The notes: a model not told the origin generated them from the letters alone. A stretch of DNA of 63,612 nt, filler included, from 6 parts of 6 records of this genome joined end to end with filler, not necessarily neighbours in it, one strand, 5' to 3'. Counted from the first letter of the whole stretch, positions 9,970 to 20,477 are shown. A program made the numbers and translations.

Positions 9970-10937
9970 TATTTTCCTCCCGAGGTGGTCTTGGAGATGA
10001 TGATAGCACCGAGCACATTAACAGCCAGAGTAATAAGCAGAAGAACGCAGGCAGCATACATCAAGACCGAGGCCTCATACTCACTAGCTTCAGGAAAGTT
10101 AAGTGCCAGCAGAGTCGCCAGAGTATTACCTGGAGCAAACAGCGAGAGGCTGATTTGATTGGAGTTACCAACCAGCATTGCCAATGCCATTGTTTCACCA
10201 AGCGCCCGACCAAACCCGAGAACCATAGCTCCAAAGATACCACTGGAGGCAGTGGGGAGCATAACCCGTAGAATTGCTTCCCACCGAGTTGTTCCCATTC
10301 CAAAAGCGGCTTCTTTTGTTTTATGCGGGATAGCAAGAAATGCGTCTTGAGAAATAGCCGCGATGGTGGGCAAAATCATAATTGCCAGTACCAGTGACGC
10401 CGGAAGCATACCTGGCCCACTGAGGCTGGTAGAGAAAAAAGGAATCCATCCAAGATGAGTATGTAAATAATCTGTTAGAGGTCTGATAAGGGGGATAAGA
10501 ACAAAAATACCCCAGAGACCGTAAACAACACTTGGGATAGCGGCCAACAGTTCGATGATATTTTTAAGGACGACTTGAACGGGATATGGCAGAAAATCCT
10601 GGGTAAGAAATATGGCGATGGATACACCGAAAAACCCACCAATAATAAGTGCAAGAAACGAACTATAGAGTGTTCCCCATATCTCTGGAAGGATACCAAA
10701 CTTGTCAGCATTCACATCCCAATTGGTCGTGTAAAGAAAACTAATGCCGTGTTCTGCGATAGCCGGCAGCGCTTGCCCCCCAATTTTATAAACAATAAAG
10801 GCGAGCAGTAGAATGGTTGCAAAAGTAAACGTATAGGTCAACCCGCGAAAACTTTTATCAAAAAGTTTATCACCAGTAGAGGGCGGCTTAGAAATCGACT
10901 GGGAATCATCAAATTCAACAAAATCATTTTGTGCCAT
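9969..10937 (-). CDS. pstC: Phosphate ABC transporter permease PstC (short form)
   Basis: ELLAAIPSVVYGLWG, EAAFGMGTTRWE, GRALGETMA; TAATG coupling to pstA. Confidence 0.93.
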   Translation of the reverse strand: MAQNDFVEFDDSQSISKPPSTGDKLFDKSFRGLTYTFTFATILLLAFIVYKIGGQALPAIAEHGISFLYTTNWDVNADKFGILPEIWGTLYSSFLALIIGGFFGVSIAIFLTQDFLPYPVQVVLKNIIELLAAIPSVVYGLWGIFVLIPLIRPLTDYLHTHLGWIPFFSTSLSGPGMLPASLVLAIMILPTIAAISQDAFLAIPHKTKEAAFGMGTTRWEAILRVMLPTASSGIFGAMVLGFGRALGETMALAMLVGNSNQISLSLFAPGNTLATLLALNFPEASEYEASVLMYAACVLLLITLAVNVLGAIIISKTTSGGK

Positions 10938-10957
10938 ATCTATGATGCTCCGTAGAT

Positions 10958-10998
10958 AAAAAAAAGGGTGTATCCTTATTGAAAACTGGATACACCCT
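10958..10998 (-). terminator. Intrinsic terminator / stabilising hairpin between pstS2 and pstC2
   Basis: Perfect 11-bp stem AGGGTGTATCC / GGATACACCCT followed by a U-tract on the minus strand. Confidence 0.75.
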
Positions 10999-11023
10999 CA
11001 AGCTGAAAAAGACTCAATGCCTA

Positions 11024-12061
11024 TTACTGAATGTTTTGAGCAGCAGCCTTTACTTTTTCGATAACATTTGCCGGAAGTGGAATGTATCCCGCCTTGTCAG
11101 CAATCTTCTGCCCTTCATCAAGGCAGTAGGTTATCATCTTGCGCAGAGCCTCTGCCTTTTTAGCATCATCATACTTCTTGTAGAAAACCATCCAGGTGTA
11201 AGTTGCGATGGGGTAAGATTGCTCACCCGCTGGATCGGAAAGCCAAACAATCATGTCTTCTGGAATCACAGCGTTGGCCAGCGCAGCCTGCCCGCCTTCA
11301 AGACCAGGAGCGATAAATTTCCCATCTTTATTTTCGATACTTGCCATGGCAAGTTTAGCCATACGTGCAAAGCCGAATTCAATATAACCAATTGCTCCAG
11401 GGGTCTGCATAATGGTTGCAGTTACACCGTCATTTTTTGGTGATTTAACCATTTTTGTATCTTTAGGCCAATTGATGGTTTTACCAAAGCCCGGTCCACT
11501 TTTAAATTCTTCAGAAATGGTACTGAGGTGCTTGGTAAAAACAAAGGTGGTTCCTGAACTGTCAGCCCGAGAAACAACGGTGATTTCTTTGTCTGGAAGA
11601 GAGATGCCAGGATTAGCAGCTGCAATTGCAGGGTCGTTCCACTTCTTTACCTGGCCAAGGAAAATTTTGGGATAAACTTCACGAGGCAGCTTCAGCTCGT
11701 TCACGCCTTTCAGGTTGTAGGCAAGAACAACTTCGCCAGCAGTCATTGGTAGCAACTGAACGCCTTCTGGTACCTTGGCGATCTCCTTTTCAGACATGGC
11801 TGCATCACTTGCTGCAAAATCTACCATGTGATTTTGAAAATCACGGATACCGGCACCTGAGCCCTTTGATTGGTAATTCACCTGAATATCTTTGTTTGCG
11901 CGGCTAAACTGTTTAAACCAGGTCGTATAAATTGGCGCAGGAAAACTTGCGCCAGAACCAACAATTTTTGTGGTTGCACAAACTGCAGGCTGGATAACCA
12001 GTAAAGATGCTGCAGCACCTAAAATGAGTCCACTAAAAATTTTATTCAATTTCATTGTCAT
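11024..12061 (-). CDS. pstS: Phosphate-binding protein PstS (GSGASFP type)
   Basis: Signal peptide; GSGASFPAPIY, KGSGAG, DFAASD, RADSSGTT. Confidence 0.94.
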   Translation of the reverse strand: MTMKLNKIFSGLILGAAASLLVIQPAVCATTKIVGSGASFPAPIYTTWFKQFSRANKDIQVNYQSKGSGAGIRDFQNHMVDFAASDAAMSEKEIAKVPEGVQLLPMTAGEVVLAYNLKGVNELKLPREVYPKIFLGQVKKWNDPAIAAANPGISLPDKEITVVSRADSSGTTFVFTKHLSTISEEFKSGPGFGKTINWPKDTKMVKSPKNDGVTATIMQTPGAIGYIEFGFARMAKLAMASIENKDGKFIAPGLEGGQAALANAVIPEDMIVWLSDPAGEQSYPIATYTWMVFYKKYDDAKKAEALRKMITYCLDEGQKIADKAGYIPLPANVIEKVKAAAQNIQ

Positions 12062-12135
12062 TCCCTATAACGTTTTAATGTAGAAATTCTGACCAGAAGC
12101 GTATACTAGAAACATGAGTAATCGGATATATTTAT

Positions 12136-12152
12136 GTTAGGTTTTCGTTAGG
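12136..12152 (-). promoter_or_regulatory. Putative Pho box upstream of pstS2
   Basis: Minus strand CCTAAC-gaaaa-CCTAAC (11-bp period). Confidence 0.7.
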
Positions 12153-12327
12153 TCGAAAGAGTGGGACAAGATTGCCACATTGAATTCCAGCATACCACCT
12201 TCTCTCTGTGAGGATTAGGTCAAGGCTGAGCTGCTGCACCTTACAGGTCCGTCATACCAAACAACAGACTTCCGCAGCACCAGACATCGAGTGACGAGAG
12301 CTGCGCTTTCTAGCGCTAAAAGGGTTA

Positions 12328-12996
12328 TTAATCCCCTCCCCCACGGACGATTTCCCCTTCCACCAAATAAATAACTTCTTCGGCTATGTTATTGGTTCGG
12401 TCGCCAATACGTTCGAGATGGCGTGCTATGAGATACAGGTTCAATAAACCTGCCCCTATCCCTTCCTCTTTGTTCTTGTCCAGTTCCTCTGTCACGGCTT
12501 TGTAGGCCAGGTTACGATACCTGTCGACCTCCTCGTCCATATGAAAGACCTTGCGTGCAAGGTCAGCATTTTCTGAAACCAAGGCATCAAGGCTGATTTT
12601 GACCATCTCCAGTGCCTTTTCAGCCATCGGCTGATAATCAAAATTGAAACCGAGCTTGTCCTTCTTTTCAATGGTCAGAACCCGCTTGCAAATATTGACA
12701 GCTAAATCTGCAATACGCTCCAACTCGCTATTTATCTTTATGATCGCAACTATAAGACGCAGGTCTCTTGCCACAGGTTGATGCAGAGCCAAAATCTTTA
12801 GACACTCCTCCTCAACCATAATCTCCATGTCATCGATTTCCCAATCCGAGGTGAGCAGGTTGTGTGCTAGCTCCTGATCGCGACCGGCAAGAACACTACA
12901 GGCTTGACGTACTCTGTCTTCCACCAAGCCACCTAGCTCAAGAACCTTCTTTTTCAATAATTCAATTTCACGATGAAAATGCATGTGTCTACTCAC
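12328..12996 (-). CDS. phoU: Phosphate signalling protein PhoU
   Basis: LALHQPVARDLR, ELERIADLA, HLERIGD..NIAE; GTG start after GGAGGG. Confidence 0.95.
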   Translation of the reverse strand: MSRHMHFHREIELLKKKVLELGGLVEDRVRQACSVLAGRDQELAHNLLTSDWEIDDMEIMVEEECLKILALHQPVARDLRLIVAIIKINSELERIADLAVNICKRVLTIEKKDKLGFNFDYQPMAEKALEMVKISLDALVSENADLARKVFHMDEEVDRYRNLAYKAVTEELDKNKEEGIGAGLLNLYLIARHLERIGDRTNNIAEEVIYLVEGEIVRGGGD

Positions 12997-13053
12997 GATA
13001 CCCTCCTGTGGGTGGGATAATTTCAAATGAGCCAAATAATAAAATCACCGGAC

Positions 13054-13092
13054 GTTACTACGTTGTTAAGAAATGATTAAGAATGTATTAGC
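13054..13092 (-). promoter_or_regulatory. Putative Pho box array in the phoU/phoB divergent region
   Basis: + strand gttact(13054), gttaag(13065), attaag(13076), attagc(13087) at exact 11-bp period. Confidence 0.7.
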
Positions 13093-13172
13093 ATTTTTCT
13101 TTTTTATTGCAACAGCACGGCCAAAGGCCGTAAAGTATTTGTTATTTGCTAAGAGAAACAAAAGGATAGAAA

Positions 13173-13871
13173 GTGACCAAACTCCGCATTTTGATCGTCG
13201 AAGATGACGCCGACATCCAGCAGCTTGTCAGTTATAACCTGATCAAGGCAGGTTATAATGTCACCTGTGCTGATACAGGTGAAGAAGCACTGCAGGTATT
13301 GAACAGCGAGCCCATTGATGCCATGCTCCTCGACCTTATGCTGCCTGGAAAAGACGGCATGGAAGTGTGCAGCACTGTCAGGGCTACCGAAAAAACACGG
13401 GCCCTGCCCATCATCATGCTCACCGCAAAGGGTGAAGAGGATGACGTTGTCTCTGGACTAGACTATGGTGCAGACGATTATGTTACCAAACCTTTCAGCC
13501 CGCGGGTTCTGCTTGCCCGAATAGAAGCTGTGCTGCGCCGAAAACCTGGCCAGCAGGAAGACGACCAAGGCAACGAAAAGGACGGCATCCTACTTCATTC
13601 CATGGAAATCCATCCAGGACGCCATGAAGTACGCATTGAAGGCGAGAAAATCCACTTAACCATCACCGAATTTACAATCCTCACCCTGCTTGCCAGCCGA
13701 CCTGGGTGGGTTTTTTCCAGGCAGCAGATTATTGATCACGTTCGCGGCTATGACTACATGATTACCCCTCGCGCAGTGGATGTGCAAATTTTTGGCCTTC
13801 GCAAAAAACTCGGCCCATCAGGCAGCTACATTGAAACCGTACGAGGTATCGGTTACAGAATCAAAGAGTAG
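13173..13871 (+). CDS. phoB: OmpR-family response regulator PhoB
   Basis: VEDD, LDLMLP, GADDYVTKPF, winged helix ETVRGIGY; pho context. Confidence 0.9.
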   Translation: MTKLRILIVEDDADIQQLVSYNLIKAGYNVTCADTGEEALQVLNSEPIDAMLLDLMLPGKDGMEVCSTVRATEKTRALPIIMLTAKGEEDDVVSGLDYGADDYVTKPFSPRVLLARIEAVLRRKPGQQEDDQGNEKDGILLHSMEIHPGRHEVRIEGEKIHLTITEFTILTLLASRPGWVFSRQQIIDHVRGYDYMITPRAVDVQIFGLRKKLGPSGSYIETVRGIGYRIKE

Positions 13872-13957
13872 ACCATCCCTTGTCATTTCCAGAATACGGA
13901 CACCTGGCAGATCACATCAGCCATTCAATTCTTCCTCCTCAACTATCCACCTAAGCT

Positions 13958-15766
13958 ATGAAAAACATACGTCTTTTTTGGCAAATATTCCCAGCAATCC
14001 TCCTAACCACCATTATTTCTCTTGCTGCTGTGGTCTGGTATATTTCAGCGACAGGTCGTGATTTTTACCTGGAACAACTCCAGGAAGGACTCAAAAACAG
14101 AGCGCTGCTCATTGAGTCGCCCATTGTAACGTATGCGGACACGTCCCAGGAAGACCTGCAGAAATTCATTCGGACTGCAGGAAGACGGGCAGCAACCCGC
14201 ATTACCCTTATAGACAAAACAGGCATAGTTTTGAGCGACTCCAATGAAGACCACAAACAAATGGAGAACCATGCCAACCGGCCAGAGATCAAGCAAGCCC
14301 AGCAAGGAAAAACAGGGGCTTCCATCCGGTTTAGCAAAACCCTGCAACACTCCATGCTTTATATCGCTATTCCGATCAAACTTAAAAATGGCGATCCAGC
14401 CACTCTCCGCCTTTCAGTACCCACTACATCTTATGAAGAAAAACTTACCTCAATCAGCACCAAAATAGGACTAATAGGTATCGGCATATTCATTATTGCC
14501 GCACTGCTCGCCCTCCTCAGTGCACGCCGCATCAGCCGCCCACTGGAAAAGATGAAACAAGGGGCAGAGCAGTTAACCAAAGGACGTATCGATCAACTGA
14601 TAAAGATCAGCAGCGACCACATGTCAGTGGAAATGGCAGGCCTTGCCGGAGCCCTTAATCAGATGGCCGATGAAATAAACCGTCGGGTACGGGTCATTAT
14701 CCAGCAACGTAATGAGCTGGAAGCAGTTTTCGCCAGCATGGCCGACTCGGTAGTGGCCATTGATGCGGATCAGAAAATCCTGCGCATGAACAAGGCCGCG
14801 ACCGGGCTTTTTACCCTCTCTTCTGATGCTGTAAAAGGAGCGCCCATCCATGGGGTAATCCGCAACCAGGAACTGCTCAGTCTTATAGAGCAGGCACTAC
14901 AGGAAAACGTCACCATAAAGGAAGATGTTACTCTTTTCGACGGTACCAAGCCGCTTATTCTGCAGGTCCATGTGGTACCCCTCTGTGACGAACAGCAACC
15001 CATGGGGGTACTGCTTGTCATGCACGATCTCACCAAACTCAACCGCCTTGAAAACATCCGCCAGGATTTTGTCGCCAATGTTTCCCATGAACTCAAGACC
15101 CCGATTACAGCAATCAAAGGCTATGTCGAGACCCTTCTGGACGGTGCGCTGGAAAACCATGACGATGCTGTCCAGTTCCTGACGATCGTTTCCAAGCAAA
15201 CAACGAGGCTGAACTCGATTATTGACGACCTCCTGGCCCTTTCACGCATAGAAAACAAACATGAGTCAGGGGAGGTGGAGTTGAATCCCCTGCCGGTAAC
15301 GCCGGTTTTTGAAGCGGCAATGCAGACATGCAGCAGTCATGCTGAGAAGAAAAAGATGACGATTACAATTGAAAGTGATGATGCACTCGTGGTTCCCATG
15401 AATCAGCCTTTACTTGAACAGGCCATAATCAATTTGCTCCAGAATGCCATCACCTATAGTCCTGAACAGTCAACAGTGACTCTCAAGGGTACAAGCAGCC
15501 AGACCATGACAGGCGGACAGATGGTCAATCTCAGTGTTATTGATCAAGGGTCGGGGATTGCCAAGGAGCACATTCCGCGGCTCTTTGAACGATTTTATCG
15601 ATGTGATAAGGCAAGAGGCAGGGATTTAGGGGGTACCGGCCTGGGCTTGGCTATTGTCAAGCATATAGCCCATACCCATAACGGCAGGGTGGATGTGATC
15701 AGCTCTCCTGATACGGGTTCAACTTTTACCCTGAGTATACCAGTCAATGCAGCAGAGCTGAGTTAG
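13958..15766 (+). CDS. phoR: Sensor histidine kinase PhoR (TM-HAMP-PAS-HisKA-HATPase)
   Basis: DFVANVSHELKTP, NLLQNAITY, DQGSGI, FERFYR, GGTGLGLAIVK. Confidence 0.9.
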   Translation: MKNIRLFWQIFPAILLTTIISLAAVVWYISATGRDFYLEQLQEGLKNRALLIESPIVTYADTSQEDLQKFIRTAGRRAATRITLIDKTGIVLSDSNEDHKQMENHANRPEIKQAQQGKTGASIRFSKTLQHSMLYIAIPIKLKNGDPATLRLSVPTTSYEEKLTSISTKIGLIGIGIFIIAALLALLSARRISRPLEKMKQGAEQLTKGRIDQLIKISSDHMSVEMAGLAGALNQMADEINRRVRVIIQQRNELEAVFASMADSVVAIDADQKILRMNKAATGLFTLSSDAVKGAPIHGVIRNQELLSLIEQALQENVTIKEDVTLFDGTKPLILQVHVVPLCDEQQPMGVLLVMHDLTKLNRLENIRQDFVANVSHELKTPITAIKGYVETLLDGALENHDDAVQFLTIVSKQTTRLNSIIDDLLALSRIENKHESGEVELNPLPVTPVFEAAMQTCSSHAEKKKMTITIESDDALVVPMNQPLLEQAIINLLQNAITYSPEQSTVTLKGTSSQTMTGGQMVNLSVIDQGSGIAKEHIPRLFERFYRCDKARGRDLGGTGLGLAIVKHIAHTHNGRVDVISSPDTGSTFTLSIPVNAAELS

Positions 15767-15810
15767 TATGAGCTGAGTTAGTTATTACCGAAGCGACGCA
15801 GGCAACAGAG

Positions 15811-15850
15811 TTAACAAAGAAAGTGCCGATAACGGCACCTTCTTTGTTAA
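15811..15850. terminator. Bidirectional terminator between convergent phoR and oadB
   Basis: TTAACAAAGAAAGTGCCG-ataa-CGGCACCTTCTTTGTTAA (17/18 paired). Confidence 0.8.
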
Positions 15851-15859
15851 TTTTTCAAC

Positions 15860-17191
15860 CTATTTCAGCAATGCCAGCAGCACTCCAGCGGCAACAGCAG
15901 AACCGATCACGCCGGAAACATTTGCTCCCATGGCGTGCATAATTAAATGATTATGCGGATTAGCTTCCATTCCCACTTTATTGACAACCCTTGCAGCCAT
16001 AGGAACAGCTGAAACGCCTGCCGCACCAATCAGTGGATTAATGGGTGAACGCGACAATTTATTCATCAATTTGGCTATCAAAATACCGGTAGCTGTGCCA
16101 ATACAGAATGCAACCATGCCCAGGAGCAAAATACCCAAAGTCTCCATATTCAAAAATTTATCGGCAGAGAGTTTACTGCCCACACCAAGGCCAAGGAAGA
16201 TGGTTACGGTGTACATGAGAGAATTCTTGATCGTATCCGACAATCGGTCCACCACTCCGCACTCTTTGGCAAGATTGCCCAGCATAAACATACCGATAAG
16301 CGGTGCAGCAGACGGCAGCAGCAGTGCACAAATTCCGAGCACCACCAACGGCAGCACAATTTTTTCCACCCTTGATACATGCCTGAGCTGAACCATTTTA
16401 ATTTTGCGTTCCTCTTCAGTGGTAAGCCATTTCATGATCGGAGGCTGAATAAGAGGGACCAAGGCCATATACGAATAGGCAGCAATGGCAATAGAACCGA
16501 GTAACCTGGGAGAGAGCTGACTGGAGAGGAAAATAGCGGTTGGTCCATCTGCACCACCGATAATCCCAATTGATGCTGCATCGCGAAGGGAAAAATCAAT
16601 CCCGGGAATCAGATCCGTAAGCACCAAGGCACCAAGCAACGTAGAAAAAATACCGAATTGAGCAGCTCCGCCAAGAAGAATGGTTTTAGGATTGGCAATC
16701 ATAGGCCCGAAATCGGTCAATGCCCCCACCCCCATAAAGATCAACAGAGGGAAAATGCCGGTGACAATCCCCACTTCATAAATATAATAAAGAATACCAC
16801 CAGGATCAGCAATCCCTGCAAAGGGAATATTGGCAAGAAGGGCACCGTAGCCTATGGGAATTAATAAAAGCGGTTCAAACTGCTTAAAAATGCCCAGATA
16901 TATTAATACCAGACCAACTCCCAGCATCAACAACCTGCCTACCCCTAGAGTCCATCCATTAAGTCGTTGGCCATCCATGAGCCCATAGAGCCCTGTGGTT
17001 TTATATAAATTTACAGCGAGGGTGGGCACATCGGGCAACGACACATCGGCACCAGTTTCTGTCTCATTAACCACGCCCGTTTCTTGTACAGGGACGGTCT
17101 TGGCGGCTGTTGCAGTTCCGGCCCCTGCCACACTGCAGGCAAGTCCCAAAGCCACCATCAGAAAAACAAGATGAAAAACAAACAACTTCAT
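15860..17191 (-). CDS. oadB: Na+-translocating decarboxylase beta subunit
   Basis: [47 protein letters not shown]. Confidence 0.93.
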   Translation of the reverse strand: MKLFVFHLVFLMVALGLACSVAGAGTATAAKTVPVQETGVVNETETGADVSLPDVPTLAVNLYKTTGLYGLMDGQRLNGWTLGVGRLLMLGVGLVLIYLGIFKQFEPLLLIPIGYGALLANIPFAGIADPGGILYYIYEVGIVTGIFPLLIFMGVGALTDFGPMIANPKTILLGGAAQFGIFSTLLGALVLTDLIPGIDFSLRDAASIGIIGGADGPTAIFLSSQLSPRLLGSIAIAAYSYMALVPLIQPPIMKWLTTEEERKIKMVQLRHVSRVEKIVLPLVVLGICALLLPSAAPLIGMFMLGNLAKECGVVDRLSDTIKNSLMYTVTIFLGLGVGSKLSADKFLNMETLGILLLGMVAFCIGTATGILIAKLMNKLSRSPINPLIGAAGVSAVPMAARVVNKVGMEANPHNHLIMHAMGANVSGVIGSAVAAGVLLALLK

Positions 17192-17254
17192 ACGTACATC
17201 TCCATTACAGCCGCTGGAACCAGGCCGCAGGCATTGAAAACTGTGAGCACCTGA

Positions 17255-19045
17255 TCAGCCGATGGTCAGAAGCATATCCCCAGCCTGCACCGTATCCCCG
17301 GCCTGCACATGGACGCCGAGTACCTTACCAGCAGCCGGTGCCTTAACCTCAGATTCCATTTTCATGGCTTCCAGGGTGACGATTGGTTGATTTTCTTTTA
17401 CAGTCTGCCCGACTTCAACAAAAACCTTGAGCACGTTACCTGGTGTCGGTGCTTCGACCACCTCGCCGACGCCAGTGTTCGCTTCCCCCCCGGATGTCTG
17501 CTCAACCGGTGTAGCCTTGATTCCTCCGCTATCGGTAACAGAAACCTGATAGGATCTATCATTCACCACGATGGCGTAATTCCTCTGCCCCATTTGGGGA
17601 GCAGGTGCCTGCGATACATCCTTTTGCTTTTTCGGTTCCACAGATGTTTCAGTCGATATTTTTCGAATACTGGTCTGGGCTTTACCAAGCAGAAAATCGA
17701 GTCCTTTTTGCTCACAGCTGGCAATGATAAAAATATTCTCATCATTCACCGGCAGGTTGTTATCCTGTAACACCTTGGTTGCTTTGGGAATACCTGATTC
17801 AAGGATATCAAGCGGATCTCCAGTAAAGACCTCTTTGCCCAGCTGCTCTGAGGCAAGCTTTACAATTTCCGGGTTCGGAGGGGCAGGAGTACGTCCAAAA
17901 TAGCCCAAAACCATATTGCCGTAGCTGGGATTGATTTTTTTCCATTTTCCCTGGGTGACGTTGAGGTAGGCCTGCTGAAAATAAAACTGTGAAACAGGAG
18001 TTACCGAGGCACCAAACCCACCCTTGGCAACCACCTCAGACATCTCCTTTATGACCTTGGGGTACAGATGGAGAGTACCGGTATCACGCATCATCATGGT
18101 ATTAGCCGTCAGTGCCCCTCCTGGCATAGGAGAAAGCGTCACCTTAGGCGAAATCATCTTAGCTTCCGGTGGAAAGAAGTAATCCTTCATCACCTCTTCA
18201 AAGACCTCCGATGCCTTCAACACCTTCAGGTAATCCAGATCAAGCGTATAGTCGGTCCCCTTCAGGGCATGCATCATGGACAAAATATCAGGTTGGCAGG
18301 TTCCACCGCTGACTGGAGCTTTTGCCAGATCAATTCCGTCGGCACCGCCGTTAATAGCAGCAAGATTCTGGGCAATACCAAGATCAGCTGTGTCATGGGT
18401 ATGAAACCAAAGGATAGTTTCAGCCGGCACCAGTTGCCTGGCAGCCTTGAAGGTATCATGCACCTTCTTTGGGTTGGCGGTCCCGGAGGCATCTTTAAAA
18501 CAAATAGAATCAAAGGGGACATCTGCTGCAAGCAGTTTACCCAATCTGTCCATATAAAATTCTACCGTATGAGCGCCTGTACATCCTGGAGGAAGGTCCA
18601 TGATGGAAATGACCACCTGGTGTTTTAACCCGTGATGAGCTATGCGCTGTCCTGAGTATTCCAGGTTTCGAATATCATTAAGTGCATCAAAGTTACGGAT
18701 CGTGGTCATACCATGTTTTTTAAACATCTTGGCATGCAGATCGATAATGTCCCGTGGACACTGACTTAGCGCCACAACATTAATACCACGGGCAAGGGTC
18801 TGCAGTTCTGCGTCATTTCCCACTTCCAGGCGAAAACGATCCATCATGTCAAAGGCTGACTCGCCGCAATAAAAAAACAGGCTCTGAAACCTGGCACCAC
18901 CGCCTGCTTCAAGGTGGGTAATGCCAGCATCCACCGTTGCCTTGACAGCGGGCAGGAAGTCATTGGTCAGGACTCTGGCTCCAAAAACAGATTGAAAGCC
19001 GTCTCGAAAGGATGTGTCCATGAATCGTATCAGTTTTTTTGCCAC
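17255..19045 (-). CDS. oadA: Pyruvate/oxaloacetate carboxyltransferase with biotin carrier (decarboxylase alpha subunit)
   Basis: DTSFRDGFQS, FKDASG, HTHDT, MPGG, VTPVSQ, C-terminal EAMKM; flanked by oadB and oadG. Confidence 0.85.
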   Translation of the reverse strand: MAKKLIRFMDTSFRDGFQSVFGARVLTNDFLPAVKATVDAGITHLEAGGGARFQSLFFYCGESAFDMMDRFRLEVGNDAELQTLARGINVVALSQCPRDIIDLHAKMFKKHGMTTIRNFDALNDIRNLEYSGQRIAHHGLKHQVVISIMDLPPGCTGAHTVEFYMDRLGKLLAADVPFDSICFKDASGTANPKKVHDTFKAARQLVPAETILWFHTHDTADLGIAQNLAAINGGADGIDLAKAPVSGGTCQPDILSMMHALKGTDYTLDLDYLKVLKASEVFEEVMKDYFFPPEAKMISPKVTLSPMPGGALTANTMMMRDTGTLHLYPKVIKEMSEVVAKGGFGASVTPVSQFYFQQAYLNVTQGKWKKINPSYGNMVLGYFGRTPAPPNPEIVKLASEQLGKEVFTGDPLDILESGIPKATKVLQDNNLPVNDENIFIIASCEQKGLDFLLGKAQTSIRKISTETSVEPKKQKDVSQAPAPQMGQRNYAIVVNDRSYQVSVTDSGGIKATPVEQTSGGEANTGVGEVVEAPTPGNVLKVFVEVGQTVKENQPIVTLEAMKMESEVKAPAAGKVLGVHVQAGDTVQAGDMLLTIG

Positions 19046-19323
19046 TCTAATCTCCTTGCGCTAGGAATTCCCTGGTCGCGTTACTCTTATTGGTCCAAAC
19101 CTATTTCGAACTCCGCAAGCGTTTGTCCGTTTGTACTGTTTTATGTAAGAATCTGCAGATCGCTCTTTTTCCGAAAACGACGTCACGCCTGTAAAGCGTT
19201 GCGAACGAAAAAACACCACAGATATAGATTCAATATCAAAATCTCACGTTGTTCGCTTATCTTGGTAGATATCTTTTGAGTATGACGCCGATGTTGCGTG
19301 AAATAATCGTCTGTACACAGGCA

Positions 19324-19602
19324 CTAGTGAGTGGCAAGCGATTCAGCCTCGTAAGCAGCAACTGCAGCTGCAATCACGGCAATATCATCTTCAAAATCTG
19401 AGATGGGAGGGGTTATTGCTCCTGCTGTCTGGCGTTGAGCAATCCCGCGTCGCTCACGTTCCAAGCGAATCGCATCCAGCTCTCTTGCGGCGGCTCCGCG
19501 AGCCAGTCGGGATACAAACTGAATGAGCAAGATGGTAAAGGATAAAAACAATAAAACCGTCGTCATACCGACGAACATTAACTTTACACCTTCAAAAAGC
19601 AT
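19324..19602 (-). CDS. oadG: Decarboxylase gamma subunit (OadG family)
   Basis: N-terminal TM GVKLMFVGMTTVLLFL; C-terminal IAVIAAAVAAY. Confidence 0.85.
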   Translation of the reverse strand: MLFEGVKLMFVGMTTVLLFLSFTILLIQFVSRLARGAAARELDAIRLERERRGIAQRQTAGAITPPISDFEDDIAVIAAAVAAYEAESLATH

Positions 19603-19811
19603 GGTCGCTTGCCCCTAAAACTCTAAACAATAAGTAATTATGATCACCCTGCCAGCACACCACAGTGTTGTACTACGCAGGGAGCAGTTTTATGGTGCAA
19701 TAAGAATACCAATTCCATATGTTCGATCAACATCCTGAGAATATAAACCGCTAGATAACTGTTCATCAGGGCTCCAGATGTGTACAAGCAGGCTGGATAA
19801 CTATAGTAATG

Positions 19812-19911
19812 NNNNNNNNNNNNNNNNNNNNNNNNNNNNNNNNNNNNNNNNNNNNTTAATTAATTAANNNNNNNNNNNNNNNNNNNNNNNNNNNNNNNNN
19901 NNNNNNNNNNN
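19812..19911. other. Artificial contig linker
   Basis: N-run + TTAATTAATTAA (stops in all six frames) + N-run. Confidence 0.98.
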
Positions 19912-20477
19912 TCCTTGCCCACCCCGGTTTCCCCGAAAATCAGCACCGGCATGGAGGACGGTGCAATGGCCTCGATATAATGAAAGACGGAATGCATCTT
20001 CGGGTCCTGGGTAATGATATGCCTGAATGCATCGGGATTTTTAATCCGGGCCGGAACATCCATAGAGGGGGAGTTTTCTCCCTCCCGGTTGCCATAGGAC
20101 AAAACCGTTTCAACAGCCGCAAGAAGCTTCTCCTCTTCCACGGGCTTCATCAGGTAATCCATGGCGCCGATTTTCATACAATTGACAGCCGTATTCACTT
20201 CCATGCTGGCGGTGAGGACAATCACCGGAATCCGGGGCCAGGTTTTCCGGACAATCTTCAATATCTGCACACCGTTGATATGGGGCATATTGAGATCCAG
20301 AAGTATAAGACTGGGGATCCGGCGCTCGATCCGCCGAATCACATCACGGGCATCGCTGATGGTGATGATATGCTCCATGCCGGCCGTCCTGAGGATGCGT
20401 TCCACGGCCCCAAGGATTTCAGGTTCATCATCCACGATGAGAATGGGTCTTTCCATAGTGGCGGTATTGTTCTTCAT
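19912..20477 (-). CDS. Sigma-54-dependent (NtrC-family) response regulator, 3'-truncated by contig end
   Basis: REC domain (IVDDE, LDLNMP, GAMDYLMKP), then start of AAA+ domain PVLIFGETGVGK. Confidence 0.88.

Noticed and set aside
15755-15782. Tandem 13-bp repeat GAGCTGAGTTAGT across the phoR stop
   Set aside because: Two copies only; most likely a local slippage duplication.
19856-19867. TTAATTAATTAA recurring five times
   Set aside because: Artificial linker, not a biological repeat or CRISPR.
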